This document shows positions 58,717 to 64,000 of a stretch of 64,000 nt of DNA, piece by piece (position 1 is the first letter of the stretch; every line of letters begins with the position of its first letter). This DNA comes from Tubiluchus corallicola (Eukaryota > Animalia > Priapulida): contig JAQGDQ010000015.1 in the NCBI GenBank assembly GCA_030141605.1, positions 186,001 through 250,000 on the forward strand. The letters run 5' to 3'. Below the pieces are notes generated by a model. It did no database searches. It had not been told where the DNA came from and saw only the letters and a list, made by a program, of their open reading frames with translations. The position numbers were made by a program, and so were the translations under genes.

Positions 58717-61700
58717 GAGGACGGAGTAAGGCTTTTGCTGGTGCAAACGTTTATTTAAGCTTTTTGAAGTCAAGACAATAGCTACTCCATGTTTCGCAGC
58801 TGTAGATCAAGGTTAAGATGATGACAGCAGCTTGCTAGACAATAAGTTTCATTTTTGGGTTTAAATCTATGTGCTCACAAAGACTAAATGCCACATGAGC
58901 TGCTCCATATCTTTTTAAATGCTTTTTTGGAGAGCAGACTTCCTAGACACAGAAAGTTGGCTACCTGGCTCAGCGGCATACCAAAATTGCCGAAATTGAA
59001 TCCATTGTCAATAAAGCAACAAACTATCTTTTTAGGAAGTGCATCTTTCGGAAAGCAGACTTCCTAGGGACAGAAGGTTGACTACCTGGCTGAGCGGCAT
59101 ATCAGAGATGCCGAAATCACATCCATTGTCAATAAAACAACTAACTTTTCGGCCTACTTGAATTGCTTGCCTAATTTAATACAATGACTGGTCTTTTATG
59201 CATCTTATATATACCTGGATTGTGAATTGATAATATATCTATGAAAAAAGCATATTCAATACGGAATATTCTCTTTACGCTTTGCCAAAGCCACTTTACG
59301 CATTAGATAGAGATCCTAGCTATTGCACAAAACATCTGGATAAAGTGCAGCAGCAAAAATATTTATTTCACACTCTTCATAAAATGCACTGGTATTATAC
59401 GAAATGCCTACGGATTTTACAATATTTCTAAATTTTCTACATGGTCTAAAACATTCATGTTAAATTCAGTGGAAGCCTGTTTTATAAACAAAGCAATCAA
59501 ACAAAACTCATTGCTCTAAGACTAAAATCAAGAACTTGATTCTATTCATAGTCATTTTAATCAAAATTGCTGAAGCATGCTTTTTAAACATTCACATATT
59601 TTGTAAAGCATCTGACTCTTATTAAAATGAAACCTACTACAAAAAAACCCCAACTTGTTACAATCACAGGTACAGCTAATCTTAAGGACAAGATACTATT
59701 CCTTTAGACTGAAATATCCGATGGATTCCTTAGATGGGTACTGTCACTACTGTAATACCCAGTTCACCTTCATCAATATAGCAGCAGTGAAATAATAATG
59801 CCTGTTTTTCTAAACCTCATCATGGAAACTTTTAGGAACTTTCTTTCACTTTTAGAAACTTTCTGACATTGACTGAAAGGCAACCGTAGTTTGGGAGCTT
59901 ATACTTTAAATACACGCACACCTTTAAAATGAAGTGGACCAGACTATTGTGTGTTGCTTTGGGACTTTAGTAAAAAAAACTAGTTATTACACTAAAATTA
60001 GTAAAACAAATTTTGTTACCAATAAAACGCCGATGGAAGGCGCCACTGTCGCGGACAAGCCATAGGTTCCCATACATGCCCACTGGTCCCATACTACCAT
60101 CTAAATGCTACTCACTTTACCAGTCCCACAATTAACACGATCAATCCACAGCCCAATTACTTATGCCAAACAGCAGCCATCTTTCTTTTATGATTATTGC
60201 TATTTGCCAAATGAATGATGTCACTGCCCAAAAATTGCAAACAAATGACATCACAGCCAGACCTAAGTAACCAACATAGCTACTCGTAGCAACCACCAGA
60301 AAGCTGCAAAAACCAGCGAAGAAAAAACTTTTGGCATGACAATTATAGAGCACTATTATAAGTTCATCAGCTCCAGAGGGAATACGACAGCAAGCATACA
60401 AAAAGCTAAGATTTGACATATTTGGTTGACAAACATACCAATTTGACCAACAAGAAGTCTAAGATAGTAACAAAAAATATGTACTAGTCTATAATATCCA
60501 CAAGTTAGAACATGTGTTATGTCAGAAGATTTGATACATGCCCAACAATCTAAATGACATCAAAACAATAAGGTGACAAAAGTGGTGACAATAAGATGTT
60601 CATATTCATCTCTAGGATTTACCACAAGCTTATAAATACTAATAAATGCAAGTAGATCAAGAAGATTTAATCAATGCAATAAAACCTAGTGGTGCCAAAT
60701 AAACTGGTCAGCAAACTGAAATCACTGAACAAACTCACACCCACGTGATTTTAATTTTGATTCTGTGACATCGCCTACCACAGCCTATTCAGGTAAATAT
60801 GAATACATCACCACACACTCACCACAAAAAATGAACGAATAGCTAGGCGTAAAACATCCAATACTCGAAACAGTCAACACTTTGTGATTATACAGTTTGG
60901 CTCAGTCTATTTTATATAGTAAGTTCTGCCAGCTAACAAACACTATTAAAGGTTACTACCCAATAAGATTACAAGCTATCAAAACAATTCTCTTTAACAA
61001 TTCACTTATCTGGATTACTTTGGAGGTGTATTTTATTCAAAAGAGATAAACTTATTTAGAAATTTATAAAAGTACTTTCTAGGGTTTTTTTAAAGCTGAA
61101 AAACTAAGTGAACTATTAACAGCAGCCACTCAAGCGTTATGCCTTTGCCTAACCTATATTGTGGAAGAAGGTTAGGCATTACACAGATGAAAAATTAGCC
61201 ATTTTGCAGTTCAGTAGTAACTATAATATGTGGCATAGTAGTCAGGCATACGACACAAAAATGTTTATTCTGGCATTGTTACACAGTGGGTCAACTGACT
61301 AACTTTCAGTTATTACTACTGACAAAGCTAAAAATGTTTAACTACCGGGACAGGAAACATCAGCAACCTGTCGATGTTGTCAAACATTGCTTATAAACAT
61401 GAATGCACTTTAAAAAAGTTAAGAAGTACTGATTTACATTGATTCGTAGGCCTACAATAATTAATTAAGCCTACATGGAGACGGCCTCAAAAAAATTCCT
61501 GTCTTACCTCATGATATCAAAAAATGTGAGTAAGGAAACTGAATTGCGGAATATTTAAATTCAGTTGAAATCAAAGTTTGTTTATTTCCCACAGGTTAGC
61601 AATAATGATCTAAATTTTTTCAGTGCACATATTTTCAGACTTCATTTTTTAATTTTGCATTAACTACTAAATTATCATATAGTCTCTTGTTGTATGGTAT

Positions 61701-63993
61701 GAACCTTAAATTATTGTATTATCCAATAATTATGTATAAACGGCAACACTACTCCGCAAGAACACCAATCTCGTGAGAAAAACCAAGAGTTAGCTGTAAA
61801 GAACATGGCTGGCACCCTCATCAAAACAACAATATTTAAATGTTATAACGTAATTATTGCATTTTACATTTTAAATTAAAAAATACGCTTTATATGACTG
61901 CATCAGGCAAGTATATGAACACACATAAAATTAAGAAATTTACGGCCAGGTTGGAGATAAAAAAATTACCAGGGCAATTAGAAGTTAACAGAAATATCTT
62001 TATTGTCAGCCTGGGCTAACAGTTTGGTGTTGCAATGCCTAGTGTGCACTACACTACTAAACAGAACCACAATTAAATGTCAAGCCATAATATATAATAG
62101 CATCCCAACAGAGTATCAGCCTGTTTTATTCTGCCTGAACATATATAGCCTATTAATACCAGCCTATTTAATATGGCATCAATTGTTTCTTCTAATGGTT
62201 AGTTAATAATCTCTTATGAAGTTTATTGTATACTTTATTGTATACATACCCTAGCCTATGAGCCCGAATTTGTAAAAAAAGCATTGCTTGTCACTAAAAA
62301 CAACATTGTTTTCAGTTAGCTACCCAGTGAAATACATTTAGCCCACAAGTCTAAGTTTGCAAGAAAGCAGAATTTGCTACTGAAACAAACAAAACAGCCT
62401 TTCAACAGCAAATAACTGTTGTGCCTTAACTTACTGCCTAAATTAAAAAAAAAAAAAATATAAATATAAGGTATCTCAAAAATTACTATACACTTTAATT
62501 TCCACGTTTCTTTTCTAACTGTACTCCAGTCTCAGCAAGCTCTTAAATGAACCAAAAGGGGCCTTTGGCAATTCCTTTATTTATCTTTTGACAAGAACTT
62601 GGAAATTCAGAGCACCGTATTATCTCACTACTTAACAATGAAGTTCTCCAACAAGATGCAGCCATTCCTCACTACTCACGAGCTGTGAGAGACTTTCTCA
62701 ATGCAAGATGCCTGACTTGCCATTGGATTGGCCTCTGAAGCTCTTGAGGTCCCTGAAGAAAGTAGTGAAAATAGCAAAGCCTGCAAGTGCTATAGTTTTT
62801 TCCAGATTTTCGTCTTATTTTTCTAAACCAATCTGTACCAATTTTCAAACATTTTGTTTCGTTTGTTAAACAATATAGAAAATGCAATGTGTATAGTGAC
62901 TTCTGGGACATTTTGTATATAATATAAATGTAAAAAATATTAAACAAGAATATATTTCCAAGAAATTAGAGAAGTTCAGTGAACATTCTAAATCTTAAAT
63001 TTATACTTGACAAAATGAATGATATTTTTCTGTAGTTACTGTAGTTTAAGAATTTATAAATTTAGGTTACCTAGAATCCACGCTTCCGTCAGCATCCGTA
63101 GCCAAAATGTTTTCAACATGTTCAAGCACAGCTTGGGAAGTATTCGCCGTAACCATTCCTGTGCTAGTTACATCATCATTTTCGCTGACAGTACTCGACG
63201 TTCCATCATTTAGTGGCACTTTAGTTATGGAAGGCAAGTCTAGAGGCTGCAACGATATAGAGTTGCCAGCTGGCTCATTTAGTACATTAACACTGCTATC
63301 CGCAGGCAATGGAACATTCTCAGAGTTCTGAGATGGCTTGTTATCTTGCCTCAGTGCACTTACTGCCATCTTGTGATCTGACTGTCCCAGATCTACAGAT
63401 TTGCCATCACTTTTTTGATATACAGATGTGATATTGCTAGAACTCGCTGAACTAGTATCTACTTGTGAATCTTTTGCCGTCAAAACAGGCGGTTGTTCTG
63501 GAGATGGGTCTAAAAAGTCCCGACACATCCAGCGTCCACGATGGAAAGGTTCTCTGCTTTCAATTTTTACCACTTTAAACCTAGACTGTGCACCGTTCGA
63601 CGCAACCATGCTTGGAGACACTCTATCGCTTTCGGATGGACTACTTGCTGCAGAAGAACCTTCTTGATCATCGGTCTTTAAGGAATTATCTAACAAGTCT
63701 GAACAACTCACATCTTCGGTGTGACTTGTTTCGTCTAGATCGTCTAGACTGTCTTCTGCATGATCTGGTCCTGGGTGCAATGTTCCTGCTGTCACACTTG
63801 TTATTTGGAAACCTTTCTTTTTCAACCCTGGTCCATGATCTACACCATCTTCAATAATTTCACTATTTACAGAGCTATCAGTAATTGATCGCTCCAGCAA
63901 ACCAGCAGGCGATTTTAACTTGGAATATCCATCTGCAGTATTAAACTGAAGTTTCTTTGACCCACCTTCACGAGGTTTCAGATTGTCAGTCAT
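45362..63993 (-). CDS. TSC22D1: TSC22-domain protein (bunched/TSC22D1-like), long isoform; exons 63071-63993, 46249-46297, 45362-45559 (389 aa if 63993 is the start)
   Basis: TSC box plus leucine zipper [51 protein letters not shown]. The long exon carries motif 1 ([10 protein letters not shown]) and motif 2 (SRFKVVK...[12 protein letters not shown]). Phases 2 and 0 fit. The frame stays open to the window edge, so the true start may lie upstream. The symbol denotes the family, not one-to-one orthology. Confidence 0.94.
52281..52435 (-). CDS. Second candidate alternative first coding exon of TSC22 gene (133-aa isoform)
   Basis: [13 protein letters not shown]...[10 protein letters not shown] ends AG|gtaggt, phase 2; CpG-rich; GC box about 340 bp upstream. 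Confidence 0.55.
52778..52787 (+). promoter_or_regulatory. GC box (Sp/KLF)
   Basis: GGGCGGGGCC in AT-rich intron, upstream of candidate exon 52435. Confidence 0.4.
56930..57021 (-). CDS. Candidate alternative first coding exon of TSC22 gene (short isoform, 112 aa)
   Basis: ATG...[30 protein letters not shown] ends GG|gtaagc, phase 2, in frame with exon 46297. Confidence 0.62.
57264..57280 (-). promoter_or_regulatory. CTCF-like motif
   Basis: Minus-strand GACTATAGATGGCGCTA resembles the CTCF core AG(A/G)(T/G)GGCGC. Confidence 0.5.
57790..58335 (+). mobile_element. Decayed RTE-like LINE 3' fragment
   Basis: ORF 57805-58080 [22 protein letters not shown]...[15 protein letters not shown] resembles the RTE RT C-terminus; ends in a degenerate (GAT)n tail. 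Confidence 0.8.
58431..58570. repeat. 70-bp tandem duplication (2 copies, 1 mismatch)
   Basis: 58431-58500 versus 58501-58570. Confidence 0.95.
58661..58712. repeat. Perfect (AT)n microsatellite
   Basis: Direct reading. Confidence 0.95.
58929..59150. repeat. ~121-bp-period diverged tandem duplication
   Basis: GCAGACTTCCTAG...CTACCTGGCT...TCCATTGTCAATAAA occurs twice with multiple substitutions. Confidence 0.85.
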
Positions 63994-64000
63994 CTTCCAA

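Larger units (their letters stand above)
58400..59200 (-). mobile_element. Decayed RTE-clade fragment, same family as 24180-24960
   Basis: Minus-strand [15 protein letters not shown] (58781-58827); shared GGTTAAGATGATGACAGC and TACTTGAATTG..TAATTTAATACA blocks. Confidence 0.75.

Noticed and set aside
61501-61512. ATG-AG|gtaaga micro first exon for TSC22
   Set aside because: The same TTACCTCATG string occurs in the 3' UTR at 44571, and other short chance phase-2 hits exist near 47275 and 49617; no independent support.
63019-63857. Plus-strand ORFs opposite the TSC22 long exon
   Set aside because: Antisense shadows of real coding sequence; the same applies to 6543-6749, 14284-14472 and 17940-18128 over ECM29 exons.

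Overview
AT-rich, intron-dense animal genomic DNA, probably a bilaterian invertebrate (taxon not determinable here); not prokaryotic. Most ORFs in the supplied track are exon-plus-intron read-throughs or noise. I reconstructed three spliced genes by hand. (1) ECM29/ECPAS proteasome adaptor, minus strand: ATG at 34085, 39 GT-AG exons, 1605 codons in one continuous frame, running off the left edge. (2) SERP1/RAMP4, plus strand, 3 exons, 64 aa (38330-42431), absent from the ORF track, with an XBP1/UPRE-like promoter site. (3) A TSC22-domain (bunched/TSC22D1-like) gene, minus strand, with a long first exon, two shared TSC-box/leucine-zipper exons, and two candidate alternative first coding exons inside its 16.8-kb intron. 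Non-coding DNA holds four hAT-type MITEs with 8-bp TSDs (one in the ECM29 promoter), a non-autonomous Helitron nested in one of them, and decayed RTE, CR1 and probable Penelope fragments. I see no clearly new biological system. The best leads are the multi-promoter TSC22 architecture and the TE-derived TTCGAA array upstream of ECM29. All homology calls rest on remembered family motifs, not database searches.
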